Virus record (IMG/VR): IMGVR_UViG_2563366854_000005 | Reading direction: 5' to 3' (one strand) | DNA from: a virus | Lineage: Duplodnaviria; Heunggongvirae; Uroviricota; Caudoviricetes | DNA: 27,085 nt | Shown: positions 1-10,959 of the stretch, piece by piece | Layout of the letters: each line of letters begins with the position of its first letter | How positions within the stretch are numbered: position 1 is the stretch's first letter | The notes under the pieces: generated by a model | The model's database searches: none | What the model was told of the DNA's origin: nothing | The model's input: only the letters and a program-made list of their open reading frames with translations | Translations under genes and position numbers: made by a program

Positions 1-906
1 CTATATTTCCAGACATCTGTTATCACTTAACCCATTACAAGCCCGCTGCCGCAGATATTCCCGTGGCGAGCGATAACCCAGCGCACTATGCGGATGCCAT
101 TCGTTATAATGCTCGAACGCCTCTGCAAGGTTCTTTGCTGCCGTTAACCCGTCTGGTTTGGGCATGATACTGATGTAGTCACGCTTTATCGTTTTCACGA
201 AGCTCTCTGCTATTCCGTTACTCTCCGGACTCCGCACCGCCGTGTTCTTCGGTTCAAGTCCCAACATCCGGGCGAACTGGCGTGTTTCATTAGCCCGGTA
301 GCATGAACCATTATCCGTCAGCCACTCCACTGGAGACGACGGAAGATCGTTGCCGAAGCGGCGTTCCACCGCTCCCAGCATGACGTCCTGTACTGTTTCA
401 CTGTTGAAGCCGCCGGTAGTCACCGCCCAGTGCAGTGCCTCACGATCACAGCAGTCCAGCGCGAACGTGACACGCAGTCTCTCTCCGTTATCACAGCAGA
501 ACTCGAACCCGTCAGAGCACCATCGCTGATTGCTTTCTTTCACGGCCACTCTGCCTGTATGTGCCCGTTTCGATGGCGGTACAGCAGGTTTTCGCTCAAG
601 CAACAGCGCATTCTGGCGCATGATCCGGTAAACACGTTTGGCATTGATCGCAGGCATACCATCAAGTTCTGCCTGTCTGCGAAGCAGCGCCCATACCCGA
701 CGATAACCATACGTGGGCAGCTCTCCGATAACATGGTGTATACGGAGAAGCACATCCGTATCATCAGTGTGACGACTGCGGCGGCCATCCATCCAGTCAT
801 CGGTTCGTCTGAGAATGACGTGCAACTGCGCACGCGACACCCGGAGACAACGGCTGACTAAGCTTACTCCCCATCCCCGGGCAATAAGGGCGCGTGCGCT
901 ATCCAC
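1..906 (-). CDS. insD: IS2 transposase OrfB (InsD), 301 aa
   Basis: ORF-track protein has an rve/DDE integrase-core signature and reads as IS2 InsD. Stop codon (CTA on plus = TAG) is at 1-3; it overlaps insC as expected for the IS3-family frameshift arrangement. Confidence 0.88.
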
Positions 907-1229
907 TTTTTTGCCCGTCCATATTCAACGGCTTCTTTGAGGAGTTCATTTTCCATCGTTTTCTTGCCGAGCAGGCGCTGGAGTTCTTTAATCTGCTTCA
1001 TGGCGGCAGCAAGTTCAGAGGCAGGAACAACCTGTTCTCCGGCGGCGACAGCAGTAAGACTTCCTTCCTGGTATTGCTTACGCCAGAGAAATAACTGGCT
1101 GGCTGCTACACCATGTTGCCGGGCAACGAGGGAGACCGTCATCCCCGGTTCAAAGCTCTGCTGAACAATTGCGATCTTTTCCTGTGTGGTACGCCGTCTG
1201 CGTTTCTCCGGCCCTAAGACATCAATCAT
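864..1229 (-). CDS. insC: IS2 OrfA (InsC), 121 aa HTH protein
   Basis: ORF 864-1274; start placed at the internal Met ([13 protein letters not shown]...), giving 121 aa. Overlaps insD in the usual IS2 configuration. Confidence 0.85.
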
Positions 1230-1304
1230 CTGTTCTCCAATGACTAGTCTAAAAACTAGTATTAAGACTATCACTTATTTAAGTGATATTGGTTGTCTGG
1301 AGAT

Positions 1305-2285
1305 TCAGGGGGCCAGTCTAACCGCACAGTTATGAATCACAATCAGTGCAACCATAATGGTGCTCGGGGCATAGCTTTTATCTACAATGATAGAAAGCAT
1401 TGGCCATGCCAGCACAATCGCGGAGGTATTCATAATAATATACGGGATCCGGCGACCAATTTTATCGGATAACCAACCAAGGAACGGAATGGTCATAAAG
1501 CCGAGAATCGAACTGATCATCAATGCATCTGTTGGAATTGCTTTGTTAAACAATAACGTCTGCACTAAATAGCCTGCAAGGAAAGTCTGAATTAACCCGG
1601 AGTTACCCGCCTGACCAAAACGCAGCCCTGTTGCCAGCCAGAAGGATTTGCTCTGGAACATGCTACCAGCAGGTGCAGGTTTTGCTGTCGGTTGGTTACT
1701 GTCGTTAACCTTCTCAAAGACCGGGCTTTCTTTCAGATTCATACGCAACCAGATAGCAAAGACCATCACGACAACACTCGCCAGGAACGGTATACGCCAT
1801 CCCCACGCCAGCAGTTCCTCTTTACTGAGAATGAAGAACATAAAGGCCCAGATTGCCGTTGCGCTCAAGGTTCCGCAGTTAGTTCCCATAGCCACAAATG
1901 AGGAGATAATTCCGCGCTTACCTTTTGGCGCATATTCCGCCAGCATCGTACCGGCACCGGAAATTTCCGCACCTGCACCCAACCCCTGAATAATACGCAA
2001 CGTCACCAGCAAGATGGGTGCAAAAACACCAATCTGTGCATAGGTCGGTAACACACCAATTAAGGTGGTACAGATCCCCATCATGGTGATGGTAATAAAG
2101 AGCACTTTTTTACGCCCTATTCTGTCGCCCATTTTGCCGAAAATAAATGCTCCGACAATACGCGCCACATAACCTGCACCGTAGGTTCCCATTGCCAGAA
2201 TTAACGCCATTGCCGTTGATGATTCAGGAAAAAATATTTCATGAAACACTAACGCTGCGCCGAGCGAATATAACTGGAAATCCAT
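1305..2285 (-). pseudogene. ydfJ: MFS (metabolite:H+ symporter family) transporter, internal/3' fragment, truncated at both ends
   Basis: 326-aa ORF with the MFS signature G-x3-D-R-x-G-R-K just after the first helix. About 30 N-terminal codons are missing (in-frame TGA two codons upstream of the first Met); those codons are found at 26500-26610. The last 5 codons plus stop are read from IS2 sequence, so the C-terminus is cut by IS2. Confidence 0.75.
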
Positions 2286-2291
2286 AATTCA
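2277..2291. other. Prophage left attachment-site core (direct repeat GAAATCCATAATTCA)
   Basis: Near-identical copy GAAATCCATAAATTCA at 26518-26533; the two copies sit exactly where the split halves of the transporter gene would rejoin (codons ...LEFMDF / MDFQLY...). Confidence 0.6.
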
Positions 2292-2887
2292 CAGGTGTTT
2301 TTTCCCATCCTGTGGTTTCCTTGGCGTTTTCTAGGTTTTTTCAGATAGTTGCATTTTTTAAAAAGCATCCTAAGTTCGATCTCAGTGTCTATCTGGGGCC
2401 CATTTCTGTCCCATATATGCCCCAAAAAACTCCTCAACAGATAAGTAGTTTTTTCATGGAGTTACGCGTAAAATCAATAACGGCTGGAAATCATTCAATA
2501 CTCGCACTATCGAAAAATTTACCAGCCAACCGCAGCACGTTCTTGCATAAGGCGTGTCTGCGGTTTTTCAACTATTCAGATACATCACTCCCATCACATT
2601 CATTCCTCCACATCAAAGGCATATAGGCTATATCACCTTGATATTTTTCTTCTTCAGATAAAAACTGTTATCTATGTATACTTTTAAACCCAATCCGTGT
2701 AGAGTCTCTGCATAAGATAGTTTGCAGTTGCCACTTCAGCTTGCGCCATAAACCGCCTGATTTTTGCCGCCATCTGTTAGCATTCCTGTATACCTGAAAC
2801 GACAATGTTTATCTACGAACTTTAAGAACACCCAGGATAAAAATTGTCAACTATATCATATATAACACATTACTAATTCGAGGCTAT

Positions 2888-3001
2888 ATGAACAGCATAC
2901 TGATAATCACTTCGCTCCTTATCATATTCAGCATTTTTAGTCATGCTCTAATAAAATTAGGGATTGGCATATCCAATAACCCAGACAAAACCGATGTATA
3001 A
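2888..3001 (+). CDS. Candidate small hydrophobic protein, 37 aa ([37 protein letters not shown])
   Basis: ATG with a GAGG Shine-Dalgarno 5 nt upstream; predicted single transmembrane helix. Not in the ORF track because it is under 60 aa. Confidence 0.3.
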
Positions 3002-3069
3002 GTCAACATATCCTGAATCAGACATACAATATCGCAATGAAAATCAATAATATTTTAAGGAATATATTC

Positions 3070-3303
3070 ATGAAATCAAAAGACACCCTAAAGTGGTTCC
3101 CTGCGCAGCTTCCTGAAGTCAGAATTATCCTAGGGGATGCTGTAGTGGAAGTAGCAAAACAGGGAAGACCTATCAATACCAGAACATTGCTTGATTACAT
3201 TGAAGGAAACATAAAGAAAAAATCATGGCTGGATAACAAAGAATTATTACAAACAGCGATATCAGTTCTTAAAGACAACCAAAATTTAAATGGTAAAATG
3301 TAA
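3070..3303 (+). CDS. ydfK: YdfK/YnaE-family small prophage protein (cold-shock-associated), 77 aa
   Basis: ORF 3037-3303; start placed at the internal ATG at 3070, which has an AAGGA Shine-Dalgarno 9 nt upstream. Sequence (MKSKDTLKWFPAQLPEV...) matches the YdfK/YnaE family. Confidence 0.75.
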   Translation: MKSKDTLKWFPAQLPEVRIILGDAVVEVAKQGRPINTRTLLDYIEGNIKKKSWLDNKELLQTAISVLKDNQNLNGKM

Positions 3304-3619
3304 TATAATAAACTTACTTTTTTATCATTTTTCCACTTTAACAACATTTTGCTCCACTTTTCCACGACCAAACAACTTGAAATCTGGTTAAAATAACACG
3401 CAACACTATTCTTCTTCCTTGAGTCCGCCCGGAACTCGAAAAACAAACCGAGTTAAAGCCATTTTTCACAAAATCGATTTTGGGTCTCACCAAAGTTACG
3501 GGGTTGCATACGCATTCGTTTATTTTCGAACGTGTACATACAAATATGCACAAAAATAATCAAAATTATTTTCTGAGATGCATTATGATATGAACACCAA
3601 TTTCGTATAGAGTCTCACT

Positions 3620-4210
3620 ATGTCTCGAATTTTTGCTTACTGTCGGATATCAACGCTGGATCAGACCACCGAAAATCAACGCCGGGAAATCGAAAGTGCA
3701 GGTTTTAAAATCAAACCTCAGCAAATAATCGAAGAACACATTAGCGGCTCAGCAGCAACCAGTGAGCGTCCTGGTTTTAACCGGTTGCTTGCTCGCCTGA
3801 AATGTGGTGATCAATTGATTGTGACAAAACTGGATCGCCTTGGTTGTAATGCAATGGATATCAGGAAAACAGTGGAACAACTGACCGAAACAGGTATCAG
3901 AGTGCATTGCTTAGCATTGGGGGGCATTGACCTGACCAGTCCAACAGGAAAAATGATGATGCACGTAATTTCAGCAGTCGCTGAATTTGAACGAGACCTT
4001 TTACTTGAACGCACTCATTCCGGGATAGTAAGAGCCCGCGGCGCAGGGAAACGTTTTGGTCGACCACCTGTGTTAAATGAAGAACAGAAACAGGTGGTAT
4101 TCGAACGAATTAAGTCAGGTGTAAGTATAAGTGCCATTGCCCGGGAATTCAAAACCTCGCGGCAAACCATTTTAAGAGCCAAAGCAAAACTTCAGACACC
4201 TGACATATAA
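3620..4210 (+). CDS. pinQ: Serine recombinase / DNA invertase (Pin/Gin/Hin family), 196 aa
   Basis: N-terminal resolvase catalytic motif (YCRISTLDQ, catalytic Ser) and C-terminal HTH; placed next to the tail-fibre assembly gene as in Qin, Rac and e14. Confidence 0.9.
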   Translation: MSRIFAYCRISTLDQTTENQRREIESAGFKIKPQQIIEEHISGSAATSERPGFNRLLARLKCGDQLIVTKLDRLGCNAMDIRKTVEQLTETGIRVHCLALGGIDLTSPTGKMMMHVISAVAEFERDLLLERTHSGIVRARGAGKRFGRPPVLNEEQKQVVFERIKSGVSISAIAREFKTSRQTILRAKAKLQTPDI

Positions 4211-4307
4211 AAAATAATCTCGGTGTGAGATGCTTTACGTCTTCCAAGCCCCCTTCCTTGCCGTAAATGGAGAGATACATCTAATTATAGAATTTATATG
4301 TTTTACC

Positions 4308-4883
4308 CTACGGCAGTGCTGGCCATTCAATATCCGGTGCAGTTGATGTATCAACACGGTTCAGCAACACCCGATACTTTTTCCAGGCTTCCAGCAACAA
4401 GGTTTCTTCCTCCGTTGCGATCTCCAGATCCACAGCATCCTGAAGCGGCGCTATATGCTCACTGGCTATCTGCATCAGGCTGTTTTTTGTTTCTTCCGCC
4501 TCCCGGATCCGGAACAGTTTTTCTGCTTCCGTATCCTTCACCCAGGCTGTGCCGTTCCACTTCTGATATTCCCCTCCCGGCGATAACCAGGTAACATTTT
4601 CCGGTAACGGACCGAGTTCAGAAATAAATAACGCGTCCCCTGATGCCACGTCATAAACCGTTTTACCCCGATGATCTTCAACGAGATGCCACGATGCCTC
4701 ATCACTGTTGAAAACAGCCACGAAGCCTGCCGGAATATCTGGCGGTGCAATATCGGTACTGTTTGCTGGCAGACCTGTATGAGGCGGAATATATGCGTCA
4801 CCTTCACCAATAAATTCATTAGTTCCGGCCAGCAGATTATAAATTTTTATGGTCCGTGGTTGTTCACTCATTCTGAATGCCAT
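4308..4883 (-). CDS. tfaQ: Tail fibre assembly protein (Tfa family), 191 aa
   Basis: 191-aa ORF with Tfa-like sequence. Its start codon overlaps the stop of the upstream tail-fibre fragment by 1 nt (TAATG), typical translational coupling. Confidence 0.85.
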   Translation of the reverse strand: MAFRMSEQPRTIKIYNLLAGTNEFIGEGDAYIPPHTGLPANSTDIAPPDIPAGFVAVFNSDEASWHLVEDHRGKTVYDVASGDALFISELGPLPENVTWLSPGGEYQKWNGTAWVKDTEAEKLFRIREAEETKNSLMQIASEHIAPLQDAVDLEIATEEETLLLEAWKKYRVLLNRVDTSTAPDIEWPALP

Positions 4884-5191
4884 TACGCAAGCCTCACAAT
4901 ATAGTTAAATGCGATGTTTTTGACGGTGTTTTCCGCGTTACCAGCAGCGTTAACGGTGATGGTATGTCCATGTGAACCAATCGCAACGGAGTGCGTATGA
5001 GCACCAATACCGACAGTATGTGCGTGTGCACCTGCGCTTGCAGCAGTACCCGATACAGAGTGCGTATGAGCGCCTGCAGAAGAAGTGTTAACACTGTATT
5101 TAGAATAATCAGGTGATCCACTTCCCGGAGCACCACTGGAACCACCTGAAACAAATGTCATCGAATGGGTATGTGCACCGGCTGTCCCCAT
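4883..5191 (-). pseudogene. stfQ: Side tail fibre C-terminal fragment with repeated His-box motifs
   Basis: 102-aa ORF containing GAHTHS-type repeats (four copies) typical of tail-fibre tips. It has no credible start and overlaps the J-like fragment in another frame. Confidence 0.6.
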
Positions 5192-5445
5192 GCATTTACC
5201 GCCCGGACTGTCAGCCTGTAATTTCCCAGCGCCAGCTGCGTGAAGCGATATGTGGTTTCCGTCGTCCGGGCCGTGCTGACCAACCGCTCACTGCCGTCGT
5301 CCGCTGCCACGGTCAGGCGAAGCATAAAGCTCACCCCCTTCACCACCTTCGGCGTGTCCCAGCGCGCCAGCACCTGGTATTCCCCGCTGTCTGCGGTGAC
5401 TTCTGCGGTCAGGTGCTGAACTGCTGGCGGCGTGACACCATTCAC
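5158..5445 (-). pseudogene. Internal fragment of a lambda J-like host-specificity (central tail fibre) protein
   Basis: 95-aa frame (…[23 protein letters not shown]…) resembling an internal J segment. It is out of frame with both the Nu1 remnant upstream and the stf fragment downstream, consistent with deletion scars. Confidence 0.5.
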
Positions 5446-5987
5446 CGTGCCGCTCTGGTCACCGTCAAAGTGCGCCCCGTTATCAGTTCATCCAGCGCGG
5501 CTGCTTTGTTCATGGCTTTGATGATATCCCGTTTCAGGAAATCAACATGTCGGTTTTCCAGTTCCGGAAAACGCCGCTGCACCGACAGGGGGATCCCGTC
5601 GAGAATACTGGCAATTTCACCTGCGATCCGCGACAGCACGAAAGTACAGAATGCGGTTTCCACCACTTCAGCGGAGTCTCTGGCATTTTTCAGCTCCTGT
5701 GCGTCGGCCTGCGCACGCGTAAGTCGATGGCGTTCGTACTCAATAGTCCCTGGCTGGAGATCTGTCTCGCTGGCCTGCCGCAGTTCTTCAACTTCCCGGC
5801 GCAGCTTTTCGTTCTCAATTTCAGCATCCCTTTCGGCATACCATTTTATGACGGCGGCAGAATCATAAAGCACCTCATTACCCTTGCCACCGCCTCGCAG
5901 AACGGGCATTCCCTGTTCCTGCCAGTTCTGAATGGTACGGATACTCGCACCGAAAATGTCAGCCAGCTGCTTTTTGTTGACTTCCAT
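5442..5987 (-). CDS. nohQ: Terminase small subunit Nu1 homologue, C-terminally replaced (deletion-fusion product), 181 aa
   Basis: N-terminal roughly 169 aa are near-identical to lambda Nu1 (MEVNKKQLADIFGASIRTIQNWQEQGMPVLRGGGKGNEV…). The last 12 residues (TGRTLTVTRAAR) are read from fused J-region DNA. No terminase large subunit gene follows. Confidence 0.85.
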   Translation of the reverse strand: MEVNKKQLADIFGASIRTIQNWQEQGMPVLRGGGKGNEVLYDSAAVIKWYAERDAEIENEKLRREVEELRQASETDLQPGTIEYERHRLTRAQADAQELKNARDSAEVVETAFCTFVLSRIAGEIASILDGIPLSVQRRFPELENRHVDFLKRDIIKAMNKAAALDELITGRTLTVTRAAR

Positions 5988-5999
5988 TGTTCATTCCAC

Positions 6000-6176
6000 G
6001 GACAAAAACAGAGAAAGGAAACGACAAAGGCCAAAAAGCCCGCTTTCAGCACCTGTCGTTTCCTTTCTTTTCAGGGGGTATTTTAAATAAAAACATTAAG
6101 TTACGACGAAGAAGAACGGAAACACCTTAAACCGGAAAATTTTCATAAATAGCGAAAACCCGCGAGGTCGCCGCCC
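6000..6176 (-). other. Lambda-type cos region (cosB with cosN; the 12-nt cohesive-end sequence is at 6165-6176)
   Basis: Sequence at 6165-6176 (AGGTCGCCGCCC) is the reverse complement of the lambda cohesive end GGGCGGCGACCT. The adjacent 160 bp toward nohQ is near-identical to the lambda cosB/Nu1 leader. Confidence 0.8.
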
Positions 6177-6375
6177 CGTAACCTGTCGGATCACCGGAAA
6201 GGACCCGTAAAGTGATAATGATTATCATCTACATATCACAACGTGCGTGGAGGCCATCAAACCACGTCAAATAATCAATTATGACGCAGGTATCGTATTA
6301 ATTGATCTGCATCAACTTAACGTAAAAACAACTTCAGACAATACAAATCAGCGACACTGAATACGGGGCAACCTC

Positions 6376-6609
6376 ATGTCAACGAAGAACAGAACCCGCA
6401 GAACAACAACCCGCAACATCCGCTTTCCTAACCAAATGATTGAACAAATTAACATCGCTCTTGAGCAAAAAGGGTCCGGGAATTTCTCAGCCTGGGTCAT
6501 TGAAGCCTGCCGCCGGAGACTGTGCTCAGAAAAAAGAGTTTCTTCTGAAGCAAACAAAGAAAAGAGTGACATTACTGAATTGCTCAGAAAACAGGTCAGA
6601 CCAGATTGA
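6376..6609 (+). CDS. ynfO: Small prophage protein YnfO, 77 aa
   Basis: ORF-track protein MSTKNRTRRTTTRNIRFPNQMIEQINIALEQKG…; position between cos and ydfO as in Qin. Confidence 0.7.
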   Translation: MSTKNRTRRTTTRNIRFPNQMIEQINIALEQKGSGNFSAWVIEACRRRLCSEKRVSSEANKEKSDITELLRKQVRPD

Positions 6610-6666
6610 AGCAATTTAGATAATCGTGCAGACTACGCCCCCTCATATCACATGGAAGGTTTATCT

Positions 6667-7077
6667 ATGGATCAGGTAGTCATTTTTAAACAAATATTTG
6701 ATAAAGTTCGAAACGATTTAAACTATCAATGGTTTTATTCTGAGCTAAAACGTCACAATGTCTCACATTACATTTACTATTTAGCCACAGAGAATGTTCA
6801 TATTGTATTAAAAAATGATAATACAGTGTTATTAAAGGGCCTAAAAAACATTGTGTCTGTCAAATTTTCAAAGGATAGGCATCTTATAGAAACGACCTCT
6901 AATAAGCTGAAATCCAGAGAGATCACATTTCAGGAATACAGAAGAAACCTTGCTAAAGCAGGAGTTTTTCGGTGGGTTACAAATATCCACGAACAAAAAA
7001 GATATTACTATACCTTTGATAATTCATTACTATTTACTGAAAGCATCCAGAAAACTACACAGATCTTACCACGCTAA
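6667..7077 (+). CDS. ydfO: YdfO (DUF1398 family) prophage protein, 136 aa
   Basis: ORF 6652-7077; start placed at the second ATG (6667), which has a GGAAGG Shine-Dalgarno 7 nt upstream. Confidence 0.7.
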
Positions 7078-7228
7078 ACCATAACGTCCGGCTTCTCTCA
7101 CTCCTGAGCCGGACTGCATTGGTTTAATAAAAACCATCAACAATTGTGATTTAGATATTCGGAACCATTCAAATATAACAAAACCCCGTAAAAACGAGGT
7201 TTATGGATAAATTTTATTATTGAATACA

Positions 7229-7402
7229 TCAGATTAAATTAATCTTGACATCATAGCTTTCAAGACCCGTCATTTTTTCCCGTGCGGTAAACTGAATACT
7301 GGTAACTTCTTTCCCGGTCTTTTTCTTAAGTTCAATAATTTTTTTTGTTATATATTCAGAAATATCTGCTTCTGCTTTTGTTTTTAAGTTTTCAATATTC
7401 AT
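7229..7402 (-). CDS. gnsB: GnsA/GnsB-family small protein, 57 aa
   Basis: Not in the ORF track (under 60 aa). Manual translation gives MNIENLKTKAEADISEYITKKIIELKKKTGKEVTSIQFTAREKMTGLESYDVKINLI, matching the GnsB family. Confidence 0.8.
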   Translation of the reverse strand: MNIENLKTKAEADISEYITKKIIELKKKTGKEVTSIQFTAREKMTGLESYDVKINLI

Positions 7403-7573
7403 CATTTCCTCTTTTAGTCTGTTATGACTTTCCAGTTACACAGTAAGTCGATTATATGGTGCAAACGTGTAAAAGATAAGATGAAACATCGCAATAATCA
7501 ACATACGATAGTCTAAATTTTACACAAACAGACAAAGAGAATTTTCCTGAATTATCAATGCAATAGCATCAAA

Positions 7574-7729
7574 TCAACTCAAGAGCCTTATTGCTGCTTC
7601 CAGAATTTCTTCTGAAGTAACATGTCGATCCGCGGCTACATAAATGACTTTATGATCTCCGGTCAGAGATGGAAACCCTGCGGCCATTACAGTAAGGTGT
7701 GTTTTTTCGCCATTTGGATATTCACGCAT
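7574..7729 (-). CDS. ynfN: Small prophage protein YnfN (start ambiguous: 51 aa from MREYP or 76 aa from MKKII at 7804)
   Basis: ORF 7574-7846. The 51-aa start has a GGAG Shine-Dalgarno about 12 nt upstream; the upstream alternative starts lack one. Confidence 0.55.
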   Translation of the reverse strand: MREYPNGEKTHLTVMAAGFPSLTGDHKVIYVAADRHVTSEEILEAAIRLLS

Positions 7730-8075
7730 GATGGTGTTAACTCCAGTCATCGCTGGCACTACCACTGCTGGTTCAGAGTTAAAAAAAACTATGATTTTTT
7801 TCATGATGTTACCGTAGTATGTGAGTATCCATCGAATAGACACCAAGCAAAAAAGCTCCCGAAGGAGCCTTCATTTTCACTTTTTTAAATCCAACGACAG
7901 ACGGCTGGCATTTAAGTATTGTGAAATATTATCAAATGTAATCATCATTGATTTACAAAAGATACATTTTGCCCCGAAAGGATTCATGTCAGAAACATCA
8001 AAAGATGATGTTCTATACTGGGAACCATGACAACACGGGCATCTAAAGTGAATATGGTTTGTAATATTGTCTACC

Positions 8076-8288
8076 TCAAAGCGCCACTACATGAACAGCG
8101 GCAGGACCTTTAGGTCCGTTCTCAATACCAAATTCAACTTCCTGATTCTCAGTTAATGTTTTGAAATCGTTGCTCTGAATTGCTGAGAAATGGACAAACA
8201 CATCTTTGCTGCCATCTTTCGGCGTGATGAAACCAAAACCTTTTTCAGGGTTAAACCATTTCACTAAACCAGTCATTTTGTTAGACAT
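8076..8288 (-). CDS. cspI: CspA-family cold-shock protein, 70 aa
   Basis: Cold-shock domain with RNP1/RNP2 motifs (KGFGFI, VFVHF). Order cspI-rzpQ-rrrQ as in Qin. Confidence 0.85.
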   Translation of the reverse strand: MSNKMTGLVKWFNPEKGFGFITPKDGSKDVFVHFSAIQSNDFKTLTENQEVEFGIENGPKGPAAVHVVAL

Positions 8289-8650
8289 AATTATTACCTT
8301 TTGAAGAAATTAGCCCTTGGGCAGAATGGTCCGAAAAAAAATATCAGAGAGAAAAACCAACAAGGAAATCTCAAGAGGTACAAATAATAAAATTATAACA
8401 ATGACTGCTTCAGATAAATTTGTAACAAACCAGAACACCATTAACGCATGATTAACCACCCATAGCAAGGATTACTTTTGTAAAGAAAAACACAGCAATG
8501 AAAGAATAGCTTTATTTATTAATAAAACGTGTCATTCTGATTAAGACCTTTTATCTTACCCTTAAGATTTCAGGAATTTTGGCTCATGGAAGAGTCCTTT
8601 TTATTTAAATTTTACATTCCGCGATGTAAATGTTCCGATTTAATATTACC

Positions 8651-9674
<1,024 letters not shown>

Positions 9675-9678
<4 letters not shown>

Positions 9679-9986
9679 AGATATTTATGATGAGGACGCT
9701 CGTGCTTATTGGCAGGATTTTCAATCTTAAAGGAGTACTGATGCTGCAGATAAGACTCAACTTTTTCTGACAATTTTTCTGCTACTTCCAGGAAGACTTG
9801 CCGGACGCTCCTTCTGGCTGCTGCCTCATAAAACTCCAGCGCAGCTCCTTCAACACGGTCCATGGCGACATCCAGGTCAAAAATTTCACCGTCAAAGCGT
9901 TCTTTGTCCTGTAAGGCTACAGTTACCGTAACTTTATTCTCAAAATTACGGACTCCTTTCACAACCAGTTCATAGTCTTGAGTCAT
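9675..9986 (-). CDS. ydfR: YdfR (DUF1327) prophage protein, 103 aa
   Basis: 103-aa ORF between the holin and endolysin genes, overlapping rrrQ by 4 nt. Confidence 0.7.
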
Positions 9987-9990
9987 TGGA

Positions 9991-10206
9991 TTACTCTCCT
10001 CTCGCAGCCTTACGCCTGTCTTCTTTAATCTTGAAATAAAGATTTGTCAGATACGTCAGCAGGCCAAAAACCAGGCTACCCAGCACACCGATTGCAGCCC
10101 ACTGTGACGGAGTTACTTTATCGAGTAACTGCAATGCCCAGAAACCAGCATTACCCGCCGATGTGCCATAGGCAACACCTGTTGTTAACTTATCCATTGA
10201 TTTCAT
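9991..10206 (-). CDS. essQ: Class II holin, phage 21 S21-like pinholin, 71 aa
   Basis: ORF 9991-10281; start placed at MKSMDK (dual-start motif) with a GGTGAGG Shine-Dalgarno. Two transmembrane helices and a charged C-terminus; closely resembles S21. Confidence 0.85.
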   Translation of the reverse strand: MKSMDKLTTGVAYGTSAGNAGFWALQLLDKVTPSQWAAIGVLGSLVFGLLTYLTNLYFKIKEDRRKAARGE

Positions 10207-10425
10207 ATCCTCACCCCGATGTACACGGATGGTGCAATATGTTTGAAAAGATCGGAGTCTACGGGGTAGTTTTGACAGCACACGTTGTTCTCAACGGCGC
10301 TAAAAAAACATACACATTAAAAATGTGGGTAATTATTTTGAAAGAAAGTCATATATAAAATAATAATACGAGAAATGTTTTCATATTTAGTGTACTGTAT
10401 ACGGCCATTTATACAGGAAAAGCCT

Positions 10426-10596
10426 ATGTCAGAACGTAAAAACTCAAAATCACGCCGTAATTATCTCGTTAAATGTTCCTGCCCAAACTGCACCCAAGAG
10501 TCAGAACACAGTTTTTCAAGAGTACAAAAAGGTGCCCTTTTGATCTGCCCTCATTGCAACAAAGTATTCCAGACAAATCTTAAAGCTGTAGCCTGA
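10426..10596 (+). CDS. ynfU: Small zinc-ribbon protein (C-x-C-x2-C … C-x2-C), 56 aa
   Basis: ORF 10375-10596; start placed at MSERK (10426) with an AGGAAA Shine-Dalgarno. Four-cysteine motif CSCPNC…CPHC. Confidence 0.65.
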   Translation: MSERKNSKSRRNYLVKCSCPNCTQESEHSFSRVQKGALLICPHCNKVFQTNLKAVA

Positions 10597-10654
10597 TTGA
10601 TTTTATTAGCAACAAGTATTTTTTATATTTTAATAATATATTTAAAGCAGATAA

Positions 10655-10680
10655 TAAAAAACCCGCCTGAGCGGGTTTGA
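10655..10680. terminator. Bidirectional rho-independent terminator between convergent ynfU and cspB
   Basis: AAAAAA-CCCGC-CTGA-GCGGG-TTT: GC stem flanked by an A-run and a T-run, so it can act on either strand. Confidence 0.7.
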
Positions 10681-10959
10681 GATTGTGGTGCTTTTTGTGG
10701 GAGTCATCCACTTACGCACTTTGTTTTGCCATGCCAGCAGTTAGCTTCTGCTGTAAAACTATTCATGCAGCAAACCTGCACTTCACCACAATGGTTAGCA
10801 TACTTTTCCTGATTAAGATTTTGCCAAATATGCTAGCCATTGTTTCATGTATTGGACCTCCTTACTTTTTATTAAAGAGATCCAATATTCACTACTCTGT
10901 CCGTATCTCTACTCAGGCATCAGCCTTCTTCGTTATCGTATACAGACGAGCGATGAATT

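Larger units (their letters stand above)
1..1321 (-). mobile_element. IS2 insertion sequence, partial (right end cut by the window edge)
   Basis: Contains the overlapping insC/insD pair and the characteristic IS2 left terminus (reverse complement TAGACTGGCCCCCTGAATCTCCAGACAACC) ending at 1321. The other terminus lies about 10 bp outside the window. Confidence 0.9.

Noticed and set aside
430-1164. Plus-strand ORFs (430-861, 894-1094, 937-1164) and a minus-strand ORF (540-833) inside IS2
   Set aside because: They lie antisense to, or in alternative frames of, the well-supported insC/insD genes and have no ribosome-binding sites; treated as frame shadows.
2312-2626. 104-aa plus-strand ORF just inside the prophage left end
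   Set aside because: AT-rich region without a ribosome-binding site and a low-complexity translation; more likely the ydfK promoter/leader region.
4211-5200. Searched for Gin/Hin/Pin crossover sites (TTATCCAAAACC-type half sites) flanking tfaQ and stf
   Set aside because: No convincing 26-bp gix/hix-like site found by eye; only a short palindrome at 4217-4231. Left as a low-interest observation rather than a feature.
5113-6086. Long plus-strand ORFs 5113-5868 (251 aa) and 5547-6086 (179 aa)
   Set aside because: They run antisense to the lambda-identical Nu1 gene and tail-fibre remnants; their composition (Arg/Ser/Cys-rich) is typical of the reverse strand of real genes.
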